Below, piece after piece: positions 8,734-19,840 of a stretch of 64,000 bases of DNA. The translations under genes were made by a program, and so were the position numbers. Source of the stretch: an uncultured Candidatus Binatia bacterium (GTDB taxonomy: Bacteria; Desulfobacterota; Binatia; UBA9968; CAXXLF01); the NCBI GenBank assembly GCA_965218425.1, contig OZ244621.1, forward strand, positions 3,904,001 to 3,968,000, written 5' to 3'. Below the pieces are notes generated by a model. The model was not told the origin of the DNA and ran no database searches. It saw nothing but the letters and a program-made list of their open reading frames with translations. The first letter of the stretch is position 1, and each line of letters starts with the position of its first letter.

Positions 8734-9930
8734 CTAATGCACAGCCATGGCGTCCCCTGCTCCCGCTTGCCTACCAAGACCTAGAGATTCGTCCAGGTGA
8801 AAAAACTTCACGGCGTTGCCGGCCAGCATGAGGTGGCGCTCCTCAGGGGACACACCGGCGAAGCACTTTTCGATGCCCTTGTGCGAGTGCGGCCATTCGC
8901 TTGCCGCATGGGCAAAATCGCTGCCCCACATAACATGGTGAACCCCCACAGCCTGGCGCGTGCTAACGCCCACCGGGTCGTACAAAAATCCCCAGAGGCT
9001 ATTCTCCCGGAGATAGTGACTCAGGGGGCGCTTAGGAAACTCAAGCCCCCACAGAGCCCTCATCATGTGACCGTAGCGCTCATGGTGGTCATCGATTTGC
9101 CACAGGGCAAAGGGCAGGCAACCGATCTGTGTTTCCGCCCAGTAAATTTGAAGATCTGGGAAACGGTCGAATACCCCGGCAAACGCCATCTGAACCGGAG
9201 CGAAGGCCGCGTCTCCACAGAAGCGGAAGAGCTGTTCGGAGAGGGGGTCGCGGACTCCACCCCGCTTCGGGTATTGGAATACCGGGCCCTGCCTTGAAAA
9301 CCTTGTGGAACCCCCGTTGGAATGGGAGGTCACCGGCATGCGAAGATCCATGGCCGCGGACCAGAACCGGTCGTCTTCCTGTGTGGGATGACCCTTACCG
9401 TTGGGAAACATGTCGAGCTGCACACCTTTCAATCCGGCGCGCGCGCAATACTCCAATTCCGCTACCGCATCATCTATGCGGGTGATGGGAATGACACCCA
9501 TGGCCATCAATCGGTCCGGGGCGGTGGCACAGTACTCCTCCGCGAGGAACTCGTTGTAAGCGTGGTTCAGGGCCAGGTAACCCGCATCCTCCCTGATCCC
9601 GCGGATGATTCCTATGCGGGAAAACATGACCTCTGCTTTCACCCCGTCCTGGTCTTGTTCCCGCAGTCGCTTCTCCGCGCTCCCAGTCCCGGCACTTTTT
9701 TCAAAAGTGGGGACCTGAAGATGAAGTTCCTCGTGGGGCACACCTACGCTCCGGGTGAGACCGATACGGGCAAGGGGCCGGTTCTCCATGATGACCGCGT
9801 CTTCTCCGCTGTCTAACCGGACGCGCCTGGGTGCCCGGTCGCGCCATTTGGTCGGAACACGGTGGGTCCAGCGGTCCGGGGAGAGGTCCAAATGCGAATC
9901 CGCGGAGATCACGTTATAGCGACGTGGCAT
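8734..9930 (-). CDS. Amidohydrolase_2 family metal-dependent hydrolase
   Basis: ISADSH, DQDGV, YNEFLAE, GVFDRFP, WAETQIG, WGSDFAH. Confidence 0.9.
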   Translation of the reverse strand: MPRRYNVISADSHLDLSPDRWTHRVPTKWRDRAPRRVRLDSGEDAVIMENRPLARIGLTRSVGVPHEELHLQVPTFEKSAGTGSAEKRLREQDQDGVKAEVMFSRIGIIRGIREDAGYLALNHAYNEFLAEEYCATAPDRLMAMGVIPITRIDDAVAELEYCARAGLKGVQLDMFPNGKGHPTQEDDRFWSAAMDLRMPVTSHSNGGSTRFSRQGPVFQYPKRGGVRDPLSEQLFRFCGDAAFAPVQMAFAGVFDRFPDLQIYWAETQIGCLPFALWQIDDHHERYGHMMRALWGLEFPKRPLSHYLRENSLWGFLYDPVGVSTRQAVGVHHVMWGSDFAHAASEWPHSHKGIEKCFAGVSPEERHLMLAGNAVKFFHLDESLGLGRQAGAGDAMAVH

Positions 9931-9971
9931 GAAAAATTCCTCCTGGTTTTAACTCCAACGCGCTTCGGGAG

Positions 9972-10925
9972 CTACACACCCGGCAGGGCGGCAGCCTCGG
10001 GATGCAAGAGAGTATTGAAGTCATACTTCGTAGGTGTGACTCCAAACTGATGAGCGAATGACATCATGGCTTCCAGCGAACGCACGTTGTTATCCACGTT
10101 ATAAGACCAGTAGTTCTCTCCCATGACCGCTCGCTGCTCGTCCATGAGGGCGGCTGCCCACGAAATGGTCAGGACCTCGGGGTCAGACCCGTAGATGCGG
10201 TTGAAGGCAACATCACGTGCCTGGCGGTACGCCTTCAGCAGGGCCACCGGCGCCTCTGGATGCTTGTTCACAAACTCCTGGGTCAACGACACCATGTGGC
10301 TGATGGGGAAGATGCCTGTTGCCTTAAAGTAGTTCTGTTCTTCCGTCTTGTAATCCCGAAAGAGGCGACGCACCCGTGGGTCGCGCCGGCTAACGGAGGG
10401 CAGGACGTTGGGGTCGATTACCGCATCCACCTCACCCTCCACCAACATGTTGTCCAGGGCGGCGTCGGCGGGCCTGGAAACCTTTGGCACGGCCTCGACC
10501 TTGATGCCTGGGGCCCAGCCATTCGCCTCTCGTCCCATCATAAACCAGTTGATCTTGGTGAGATCCACTTTGTAATAATTAAGCAGGGCGCCCCGGGCCC
10601 AGATACCGGCGGTACTGCTGACAAACACCCGCTTGCCCTCCAGGTCTTTTGGAGACTCAATCCCCGAACCGCTGTTCACATAGATATAAGCCAGGCGGAA
10701 TTTTCGGTTCGGGAACGCAGGTATGGATACATAGGGATGATCGCCCTTTGCTTTGGTTTGCATGAGTCCGCCAAAGCTCGCGTCCCATGCATCGATGAAC
10801 TCGGCCCCACGGAAGTTGCTGATCTCCAGGTCGAAGCCCTCAACTTTCACGGTCCCATCGACAAAGGGCCGGTTGGTATCGACCTCAGGTTCACGGAAAC
10901 CAAGTCGTAGCTTGGGGTTAGCCAT
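9972..10925 (-). CDS. 4,5-dihydroxyphthalate decarboxylase (OphC/Pht5)-like PBP2-fold protein
   Basis: DGTVKVEG, IPAFPNRKFR, DLEGKRV, EQNYFKATGIFPISH; no signal peptide. Confidence 0.75.
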   Translation of the reverse strand: MANPKLRLGFREPEVDTNRPFVDGTVKVEGFDLEISNFRGAEFIDAWDASFGGLMQTKAKGDHPYVSIPAFPNRKFRLAYIYVNSGSGIESPKDLEGKRVFVSSTAGIWARGALLNYYKVDLTKINWFMMGREANGWAPGIKVEAVPKVSRPADAALDNMLVEGEVDAVIDPNVLPSVSRRDPRVRRLFRDYKTEEQNYFKATGIFPISHMVSLTQEFVNKHPEAPVALLKAYRQARDVAFNRIYGSDPEVLTISWAAALMDEQRAVMGENYWSYNVDNNVRSLEAMMSFAHQFGVTPTKYDFNTLLHPEAAALPGV

Positions 10926-11005
10926 TATGGACCTCCTTGTCCTGAGGAAACAAATTCGTCATAAATTTTGTGCCTCGAAGGACAGTTTCGCTGCTGGCCT
11001 TGCGA

Positions 11006-12025
11006 TCAAGTCGCCGCCTCTTCTTTTCTATAGAATCCCAGCTTTGTCATGGCTGGCCAATCATCGATGGAAAATAGTATCGCATCGCCGTCCACGGAGT
11101 TTTCGAGACGGTGCCATTTCCACGCGGGCACCGCAAAGATATCTCCACGATGCCATTCCAACCGCTCGCCTTCGATGATGACGGCACCCTCGCCTTCAAA
11201 CGCAAAGTAAAAGGTGGTGCTATTGTGCCGGTGGGACGAGGTCTTCTGTCTTGCGGACAACAACTGCGCGTGCCAGGCAATGGTAGGCAGGGTGGGGCCT
11301 CCGTCCACGGAGCTGGCCAACATGAGGCGGATCCCTTCGTAGGGGTCCTCTTCTCCAGCTTCCCTGAGCGCTGTGAGTCCGGCCTGGGTCTCTGCCCATG
11401 GATATCGCATCGGCGGAAGAGGATAAGGAGCGTCTGCGGACATGAGGCGGGCGTGGCCACGGGTCCTGATCCCGTATCCTTCGGGTCTTTTGATCTCCTG
11501 GTAGGGGGCCTCGTTAGGAAGTCTCTCGTTTAAGTTCACGCCACCGTTGTATCCGTTGTCGTAGCCGTCAACCCAAATGGCAGGCTTCGTACCTTGATTC
11601 CAATGGTCGTGGAAGGTCCAGGATGGGCTGATAATCACATCCCCTCGCTCCATTGGAAAGGATTCGAACTCGCATACGAAGACCGCCTCCGGTGGGGCCT
11701 GGCAAACCAAGCGTGTCTCACTCCGTGTATTGCGATGGGCTTGGGTCCGCTCCCCCGGCATGAGGATCTGGGCGTTCATCCAGATGGGAAAGCTGCGCGC
11801 CTCGATGCCGGTAACCGACCGCATCCCAATCATACCGTCGGGTCCCACCGTCACAATCTCCCCTGACTTCATCAGACCTTTATAGATGCCCTCCCAGGTC
11901 CAGTGAGCGGCGGTGTTGCCTTTGCGAGGGGGGGGTTGGCCCTCACGTCTGAGCCCCGCGCCGGAGAGGTGGTGTTCCGCGAGAAATCGTTCCAGGTCTT
12001 CCTGTGCTGTGCTTACGTCACTCAC
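11006..12025 (-). CDS. Gentisate 1,2-dioxygenase-like bicupin (HRN..E variant)
   Basis: PGERTQAHRNTRSE, WTFHDH, GGPTLPT, SHRHNST, PAWKWH, DWPAMTKLGFYR. Confidence 0.85.
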   Translation of the reverse strand: MSDVSTAQEDLERFLAEHHLSGAGLRREGQPPPRKGNTAAHWTWEGIYKGLMKSGEIVTVGPDGMIGMRSVTGIEARSFPIWMNAQILMPGERTQAHRNTRSETRLVCQAPPEAVFVCEFESFPMERGDVIISPSWTFHDHWNQGTKPAIWVDGYDNGYNGGVNLNERLPNEAPYQEIKRPEGYGIRTRGHARLMSADAPYPLPPMRYPWAETQAGLTALREAGEEDPYEGIRLMLASSVDGGPTLPTIAWHAQLLSARQKTSSHRHNSTTFYFAFEGEGAVIIEGERLEWHRGDIFAVPAWKWHRLENSVDGDAILFSIDDWPAMTKLGFYRKEEAAT

Positions 12026-12062
12026 GCTTAACTCCTTATTGAGTTACTAATCACCCACCGGT

Positions 12063-13244
12063 CTATTTCCCGTCAAGGTGAAAATATTTCACCGCATTGC
12101 TCACCAACATGGCATGTTTTTCATTCTGGGGCACCTCTGCAAAGTCTTGCTCCATCACCTTGATGGAGTTTGGCCACTCGCTCGCGGCATGGGCAAAGTC
12201 AGTGCCCCACAAGAGTTTATCTGTTCCGATGCAGTCGCGGCGGCGCACCCCCACTGGATCGTGCAGGAAACCCCAGTAATTGCGGTCTTTGATATATTCG
12301 CTGGGCTTGCGCTCCAAATATTTGAGCCCCCAGTTTTCATGAATCATGGGCATGTATCGCTCATAGTGGTCATCCACCTGCCATAAACCGAACTCGAGCC
12401 ACCCGATCATGGTCTCCGCCCAGTATATCTTCAGCTTGGGGAAACGGTCCCACACGCCGGCGAAGGCCAACTGGATGACCCCAGCCATGGCATTGTTAGT
12501 GAAGCGGAAGAAAAAATTCAAGGGTTCCTGTTCGTGTACATCCGGGCCCGGTGTCTTCTCGTAAATAAGTGCGGGTTCCCGCCCGGGCGCGCCGCTAAAG
12601 GGCACAATGGGGCTCCCGAGACGGCCATTGGTGTGGTTGGTCAGCGGCATCCTGAGATCCAACGCGGCCGCCCAGAACCGATTGTCCTCCGATGTCGGAA
12701 ATCCCCTAGCGCTAGGAAACTTGTCGAGCTTCACGCCCTTCAGCCCGAGTTTAGCGCAATGCTCGATTTCCCTAATCGCGTCGTCCACCCCGGTGGTGGG
12801 GATGACGCCCATGGGAATCAGGCGATCAGGATCCGCCGCCATGTATTCATCGGCGAGGTACTCGTTGTAGGCGCGGAACAAGTCCCGATACAAATCGTCA
12901 TCCTTAGCCTGCCGCATGACAATTGTGATTTGGGAGAACAGGACCTCCGCATCGATCCCGTCACGGTCCTGTTCCCGCAATCGCTGTTCCGGAGGGCCGG
13001 ACCCGACGGTGTTTTCAAAGGTGGGGACCTCCCTGGCTATATTCTCGTGGGCCACCCCTACGCCCCGAGTGATGCCGATAGTGTTCGGCTTTCCGCCATC
13101 CACCACAATGGCGTCTGAACCGTTGGGCATTTTAACGCGTTTGGGCGCTCTATCCCTCCACTTGGCCGCAACACGGTTCCTCCAAACATCCGGGTTGAAA
13201 TCGATGTGTCCATCCCCAGAGATGACTTTATACTGGCGTGCCAT
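12063..13244 (-). CDS. Amidohydrolase_2 family metal-dependent hydrolase
   Basis: ISGDGH, DGIDAEVLF, WAETMIGW, WGTDFAH. Confidence 0.9.
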   Translation of the reverse strand: MARQYKVISGDGHIDFNPDVWRNRVAAKWRDRAPKRVKMPNGSDAIVVDGGKPNTIGITRGVGVAHENIAREVPTFENTVGSGPPEQRLREQDRDGIDAEVLFSQITIVMRQAKDDDLYRDLFRAYNEYLADEYMAADPDRLIPMGVIPTTGVDDAIREIEHCAKLGLKGVKLDKFPSARGFPTSEDNRFWAAALDLRMPLTNHTNGRLGSPIVPFSGAPGREPALIYEKTPGPDVHEQEPLNFFFRFTNNAMAGVIQLAFAGVWDRFPKLKIYWAETMIGWLEFGLWQVDDHYERYMPMIHENWGLKYLERKPSEYIKDRNYWGFLHDPVGVRRRDCIGTDKLLWGTDFAHAASEWPNSIKVMEQDFAEVPQNEKHAMLVSNAVKYFHLDGK

Positions 13245-13348
13245 ATTCGACTCCTCTCGCTGTCAGAAAGTAATATGCTGTTATGGAACTTTCAATCCCT
13301 TTCCTGTATGAGCATTTCATCTTTATCATCGTGCTCTCGCGGTATTCT

Positions 13349-15148
13349 TTACCGTCTACCTATGGCTTGCGGGGTGCGCGGCGTGGCCCCCCCGATCCCG
13401 GCCGCTATATCATGCCGCACGCCGAAGCGCAGGCCGAAGGCCCTGACGATGAGAGCTCCCCCCACCGTCATGGCGATAATAAAAATGCTTATGATGCTCG
13501 CGGCCTCCCGGTTGCTCACGGCCACCGAAGACAACTCCAGCGCCAAAAGCGACAAGGTCATGGTGTCCCGAGAAGCAAGCAAGACGATGCTGGCGGTGGT
13601 CCCAGCCGCAATAACAAAATTCATAACTGCCAACAGAATCAGGCTAGGCATCAGCAACGGAACCCAAATGCAAAAGTAAGTTCTGATCCACCCGGCTCCA
13701 GACACGCGCGCCGCCTCCTCCATGTCTGTCCCCACCTGGACGAATATGGATTTCATAAGGTTGACCCCTGTGGTTTTTCCCTGAATGATCACCACAAGGA
13801 TCAGCACCCAGATAGTCCCGAAGAGAAAGTTGAGCACCGGGGTGCTTAGGAAAAGCCACAGGAGCCCCAAGCCAGATAGGATGCCGGGGATGGACGAGGA
13901 GGTCCAAATCATCAGGTCCAGTAGCCCACGACCCGGCAACCGTGTTCGGACCAAAATATAAGCGAGGACTGAGAAAAAAAATGGGCTGGCGATGGCAGCG
14001 GTGAGACTGATAATCAATGTGGTGCGTAGCGCTTTCAGGAATACAGGATCGGCCAGGACCAGCCTCCAGTGGTCGAGGGTAAAGCCAAGCACAAAGTAAC
14101 CGAATCTGGTCATGAAGCTGCCAAATTCCAGTACGCACAATGGCCCGATGGTCAAAAGCACCAGAAGGCACCCGATGAGAGCGAAGGTAACGTAGTTCCA
14201 CGGGCCGAGATCCACAAGGCCGGGGCGAAAGCTGCCGGTAATCGTCGTGTACCGTCGCCTTTGCAGGATCCAGCGTTGCAGGGGAATGATAACGGCGATC
14301 ACAAGCATGGTAATGCTCGCCAGAACGGTTGCCTCACCATAATTGGGAATTTCATTTCGGACAAGCGCATAGATCTTCGTCGAGTAGACAAAGAAGCCAA
14401 AGGGCATCCCCAACAGGAACTCGGTCTCAAAGGAGGTGAACACCCGCAGCAGTTGAAGGGCAAAGACCAGGATCATGGGTGAAATCATCAGGGGGAGCGT
14501 GACTTTGAACATGGTCCTCAGGTTGCTGGCACCGCTCACTCGTGCGGCCTCCTCCAAACTGGCATCCATGTTGCGGAAGGCGGGGGTTAAAAGCATAACT
14601 TTGATGGCAATGCCATTGCCCATCAGGTTTGCCTAGACGATACCCGAGACGCTGAATATGTTAAATGGACCTTGCTCGATAAATGGAAGCTTGGTGAGGG
14701 CCGTGTTGATCAGACCGATGTCCGGATCCAACAGGGTGATCCATGCAATGGTGGTAGGAAGGCTAGGAATCATGTAAGCAATCCAAAACAGAAACTCCAA
14801 GGAATGACTGAAAGGAACCTTAGTTCGCGCGAGAATCCAAGCGATGCCCACCCCGACGGGAAAGCTGGTCAGCATGGTCAAGGCCCAGATGAGGATGGAG
14901 TTTCCCAGAGAACGGAGCAAACCCGGTCGCTCGAATGCGTTTTGCCAGTGGCTCAACCCCCATACCCGGGGTTCGACGAACCAATCCGTAGCCGCATTGA
15001 AGCTATTGATCAGCAGCAGCAGGATTGGCCAGACAAGAAAGTAACCCAGGGACAACAGCAAGACGACCATAACGAAATGTCCGGCCCCCGGGCGAGGGAG
15101 ACTTGCCCGTACAACTGGTATGGCTCTGGCAACAGTAGAGTGCTCCAC
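13349..15148 (-). pseudogene. FbpB-type (double-domain) ABC permease interrupted by in-frame TAG
   Basis: Two ORFs in the same frame joined by TAG at 14633-14635 where paralog 31170 has Trp (GIVW); two EAA motifs (LEEAARVSGA, MEEAARVSGA). Confidence 0.85.
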
Positions 15149-15229
15149 GGGATTCCCTCTCAGTCCTGCCCTAGCGCTTGATAGGGTCTGCTATGTGAGC
15201 TTTTGGAACGCCTCCTGCGGTCTGTTCTT

Positions 15230-16378
15230 TTAACGTTGCCGTTTCTCCCAAACCTTCATGACCCATTTTGGGACTTTTTCTTGCTGAGCACCGAAGCCAG
15301 GTTCAGCGTCTGGGAATCGGTATTTCACACCCGACTCGCGTCGCTGATCGGGTGTGACTTCGCCAAACGGGATATCATTTCGCAGGGACATTCGTTCGAG
15401 GAATGGGATCTTGGTGTGGGTCAAGGTCTGTCCTTCCTTCGACAGGAACCAGTTCACGAAGAGCTTGGCGGCGTTTGGGTGGGGGGCCTTGGTAAACACT
15501 GAAATACAGCAACCGGACCCTGTTGCCTCCAAGATGCTCCTTTGTTTTGGCAGCCATACCCTTTTGACCGGTAGTCCTTTCCTCGCCAGAAAGGTAAGTT
15601 CACGACTGTTGGAAGGAAGGGGCTGAAGCGGGAATCTCCCTCCCACGAGCCATGTTTCCAGTATTCTTCGGTTATCCGAGAAGGTCACTCCCGCCTCAAG
15701 AAGGTAGGTCTGCACCCATTTCGGTCCCCGGTCTGGCTCGAAGTAGGCATCCACCATGGACCGAATCCCTGCGGGGTCACCCATCGCTTGACCCGAGATC
15801 TTCCCTTTCCACCGTGGGTCGAAAAAGTCTCCCTATTTCTGGATGGTTGCTATCTCCCCTTCTTTAATCTTTGCGCTGTTGTACCAAAAATCGTACTTAT
15901 TCTCCTGTTTCGCGTGGTAGATAAACGTGTACTTTAATGCCTTGTCGCCGTACCAGTGTTGATTCTGGTACCATTTAGAAGCATCCAGTATCTCGGGATG
16001 AATGAGCAAGGGGCGGAGGGGAACCAAGGAATTCGAGGGGACAAGTCTCTGGTTGTTCACACGTACACTGATCAAAGCCACATCCACCGTGTATCTCCTG
16101 GCCCGCCGCTCGGCGAGCACCCGGTTTGTGGTGGAGGTTGCATTTCCCGAGGAAATCTCAACTTTAATACCATACTTCTTCTGAAAAACATCCGTGATGG
16201 GCCGGTAGGTCCGCGAGGGCTGGCCACCGGCGGCAATGGCAACCGTCCCTTCCTTCTGCGCCGCTGCAATGAGCTGGTCCCACTCCTGACCGGCACCGTT
16301 CGCTTCCAGTGGCACAAGTATTAGAAAAACAAGCCAAGAGTTGAGCGTTAAAAAACCTAAAAGTTTTTTCATTATCAT
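15230..16378 (-). pseudogene. ABC solute-binding protein (AfuA/FbpA-like) interrupted by in-frame TAG
   Basis: Signal peptide, AAQKEG, ERRAR; reads IQK*GDFFDPRWKGK across TAG at 15833-15835; APHPNAAKLFVNWFLS. Confidence 0.85.
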
Positions 16379-16559
16379 CGCCTCCTTCTGAAACTTATTT
16401 CTAAACTTCCTTTGAAACGCCTATGACCATGGACTTCATCATATGCAATGACTCTGTCATTGATATCTCGGTTGCCGGCACCGAGCCTGTTTGAAACCGA
16501 ATATCTCTTTCACCGGAATTTTCCCATAGCACCTCCGTTGCGCCGTATAGAGACAAGAG

Positions 16560-17496
16560 TCAGGTCCCAGGCAGGGCAGCCGCCTCAGGGTGGAAAAAAC
16601 TCTCGTAATCGACCCGGTCCGGTGTCACCCCCTGCTGATGGGCAAACTGGGTCATGGCTTCAAGGGCGCGCCGGTTGTTTTCGATGTTGTAGGCCCAATA
16701 GTTCTCTCCCATCAACGCCCGCTGCTGGTCCAGCAAAGCACTTGCCCAAGAGAGCAATAAAATCTGTGGATCCGATCCCTGGATCCGGTCAAAGGCCACG
16801 TTGCGTGCCGTGCGGTAGGCCTTCAGGAGGGCCACGGGTGCGTCAGGGTGCTGGTGGACGGAACTCCCGGGACAACGTCACAATGTGGCTGATGGGGAAG
16901 ATGCCAGTCTCCTTGAAGTAGGTTTGCTCTTCGGTCTTGTAATCACGAAAGAGCCGGCGCACCCGTGGATCCTTCCTGGATATGGAGGGCAACACGTTCG
17001 GTTCAATGATTGCATCCAGCGCCCCCTCCACCAGCAGGGTGTCGCTGTTCCCGCCTTTGGGCCAGTTGTCGATCCGGATGCTTGGGGCTACTGGGGTTTC
17101 CTTGGGGCTCGGTGCAAACCATTGCACACGAGTGAGGTCCACTCCATAGTAGTTCTGCAGGGCGCCTTTCGCCCACATGCAGGCGGTGTTCCCCCAACTG
17201 GAGATGCCCACACGTTTGCCTTCAAGGTCGCGTGGGGATTCGATGCCCGCCGCATCGTTGACAAAGATATAGGACAACCGGAACTTGCGGTTGGAAAAGG
17301 CAGGGATGGAGACGTAGTGAATGCCTTGCACTTTGCCCCGCACAAGCGACCCAAAGCCGGCGTCCCAGGCATCGGTGTCACCCTGGGAGACCATCTCCAA
17401 CTCGAACCCTTCCACCTTGACCGTCCCATCGGTGATGGGCATGTTAATGTCGGTGGTGGCCTCCCGGCAACGGAAGCGGAGCTTTGGATTGGCCAT
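16560..17496 (-). pseudogene. Second OphC-like protein, +1 frameshift
   Basis: Paralog of 9972-10925; removing one C near 16861 restores REFVHQHPDAPVALLKAY. Confidence 0.8.
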
Positions 17497-17531
17497 CTTT
17501 AAACAGCAATTAATTTTTGCATTGAGACATT

Positions 17532-17945
17532 TTATTTATCCAGCCATACATGGTTTAAACCACCTCCCCAGGGACGAAAGTCACCCGAACTGCTGGTAGT
17601 AAAACCCTTGACATAGTCACGAAAGGCGAAAATCCTGGGTGCATAGCCAATGGCGATTCTGGACACATCTGCATTTGCCCTGGTGACTATCTGTTTTATT
17701 AGCTTTCTTCTCTTTTCCGGGTCTATCTCAACTGCGGCAGCGTTAAGTAGTCCATCCATTTCCTCATTGCAATAACCCGACTCATATCTAACCCTCTTGA
17801 CCTTTCTTTCCGGCTCGCACCGCAAGGCCTCATAGGCTTGCAGAGGATCTATGTCAAATCCCCCACCAGTGAATTTAACGGCGTCGACCCCTGCGGTGAG
17901 CATCGAGGGCTGCGCCTGCGATTCGAAATATTCCCATTCGTATCA
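17532..17945 (-). pseudogene. C-terminal remnant of peptide/nickel-type (family 5) ABC SBP
   Basis: GGGFDIDP...GYCNEEMD...VKGFTTSSSGDFRPWGGGLNHVWLDK matches end of 46812 SBP; N-terminal two-thirds absent. Confidence 0.8.
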
Positions 17946-17982
17946 ATAGCCGTTTTGTTGTGTCTAATACGCAGACCACGAA

Positions 17983-19083
17983 TTACTTCTGCGTACAGAG
18001 GGGATGGTAGGGCATCTGGCACTTTGCTCCTGCTTTGGCAAGCGCCGCCTCAAAGTCCGGATGGATATTGGTATCCTCATCCTCATATTCGATCTGGTCA
18101 CCACCCTCTTTGACGCTTTTGTATACGTAAGCTTTGCCACCGGCCTTGGGTTTATCGCTCCCCCACCCAATGGCTAAAAATAGAACCGGCTCATTGCCGG
18201 TATTAAAATGCTCATGGAACCAGGCCTCGGGAGGAACAAACATGCTCCCCGGGCCCCAATCGATGCGCTCCACAGGCTTCCCCTCTAGCCACATGAGAGA
18301 GTAGCCCTGGCCGCGCAGAATTACGATATGAATTCCCGGTCCGTGCCGGTGGGCCTTCTTGTAGGTCCCCACAGGCCAGGAAGAACTGTGGGACTTGATT
18401 GTATTGTTGACCAAACAAAAGACTGTGCTCTTGGTCCCCTTGCCCCTCGTTTCTCCGCCACCAACCATGGCGCAGCTTTTCACGTCCGGCACAAAGTTCG
18501 TCTCCCAGCGAGACTGATTGGCTAATTGGTCTTTCATTTGAAAGTAGTTTGCCTCGCCGGTGAATCGATCTCGAAACACGAACGGGTTGTCAAAGACAAA
18601 TTCATGGTTGTTGAATGTGTCCAGTACTCGGGGGGCGCTTGTCATGGCCACATACCGGACGGGCTCACCACCGGATACGTTGAAGTGTTGATGCCAGGCG
18701 TTCATTGGAATCGCAAAAAAGCTCCCCTCTTGCCACTCAAAACTCTGCTTCTTGTTCTCGTCCAACCAGACGCTTGTGGCTCCCTGGCCCTTGAGGATAT
18801 AGATGCTCTCCTCAAAGAGATGTTTGTGGGGTTTCAGGGATTTCCCGGGAGGAATTTCACAGATATAAGTGTCGTTAAATCCCCCAGTCCCCTCCAGGTT
18901 AACGAAGGTCGCAAGCCCATCGCCGCTCGATTTCCAAGGTGTGAGCTCTACGTCCAATAGATTTTTGATGAAATATCCCCGAATGGTTGGCAACCCTTCC
19001 GACTCTTTCCATCGTTCGTAGGGAGATTTATAGGCGATAGCCTCCGTGTTGTATTCATCCACTTTCAAATTTGGTTTTGCCAT
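17983..19083 (-). CDS. Bicupin protein (SPYExW-EGLP subfamily)
   Basis: SPYERWKESEGLP, EIPPG..KPHKHLFEE, WHQHFN, WETNFVPD, AHRHGPG, FHEHFNTG, GGDQIEYEDED. Confidence 0.85.
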   Translation of the reverse strand: MAKPNLKVDEYNTEAIAYKSPYERWKESEGLPTIRGYFIKNLLDVELTPWKSSGDGLATFVNLEGTGGFNDTYICEIPPGKSLKPHKHLFEESIYILKGQGATSVWLDENKKQSFEWQEGSFFAIPMNAWHQHFNVSGGEPVRYVAMTSAPRVLDTFNNHEFVFDNPFVFRDRFTGEANYFQMKDQLANQSRWETNFVPDVKSCAMVGGGETRGKGTKSTVFCLVNNTIKSHSSSWPVGTYKKAHRHGPGIHIVILRGQGYSLMWLEGKPVERIDWGPGSMFVPPEAWFHEHFNTGNEPVLFLAIGWGSDKPKAGGKAYVYKSVKEGGDQIEYEDEDTNIHPDFEAALAKAGAKCQMPYHPLCTQK

Positions 19084-19109
19084 CCTTTCAATCCCCCTTG
19101 AATATCAGA

Positions 19110-19805
19110 TTAAGGTAAGGCCGGTCCCTCAACGGCCAACATGGCGGTGGCAATGGCGCCGCGAAACGCCCGATCCAGGACCAGACCGTCCTCTGTGGCA
19201 CGTAATACGCTCTTCGCAGTGGTTTCATCCGTCACATGCCGCTCAAAAATGGGTTCAAAAATATCTGAATGTTCGATATCGGCCACTGCGTGCACTCGGG
19301 TTCCGGAGTCAATGGTGGGCTCGGGACTCCCGAGCTCTGTTACCCGCTTCTTGACCCACCGTTCCATGAGGCCACCGCCATGAACAACCTGTCCATTGTT
19401 ACGGCGCTCCAAAATATGCGAATAAACCAGTCCTTCCAGCCAGGGTTTTTCCCGGGCGCAGTAAAGCCATGCGTAGAACAGCGCCCTCGCCCCCGGCGAG
19501 AGCTTAGATTCGTCATTGGTGGCAAGATCAGACTCAGCGACGTGGGCCTTGCCCATTCTCTCATCGAAAATGAGCTCTTCCTTTTCGTGTTCCCAGATGG
19601 CCCGCTTCACATCCAGCGGCGCTTTGGATTGAACCGCCGCCCAGCAGTCCCGGCGATTGTTTGAATAGTAGGTCATGTGCACGTTGTGAATCTCCAATCG
19701 CGCAGGGGTGAGCGGAACGGACAAGAGAAGCCTGAACTCAGGCGTCTCGAACTGCTGGTTCACCATTTCATCCAACTGCGTACGTACTTTGGGCCAAAGA
19801 CTCAC
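19110..19805 (-). CDS. Heme-oxygenase-like diiron (PqqC/CADD/TenA-fold) protein
   Basis: HEKEE..KAH, LERR, VHAVADIEH pattern of HDO iron ligands; GTG start. Confidence 0.65.
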   Translation of the reverse strand: MSLWPKVRTQLDEMVNQQFETPEFRLLLSVPLTPARLEIHNVHMTYYSNNRRDCWAAVQSKAPLDVKRAIWEHEKEELIFDERMGKAHVAESDLATNDESKLSPGARALFYAWLYCAREKPWLEGLVYSHILERRNNGQVVHGGGLMERWVKKRVTELGSPEPTIDSGTRVHAVADIEHSDIFEPIFERHVTDETTAKSVLRATEDGLVLDRAFRGAIATAMLAVEGPALP

Positions 19806-19840
19806 TCTTTCACCTCGCTAAAAATTTTGACGATACGGCT

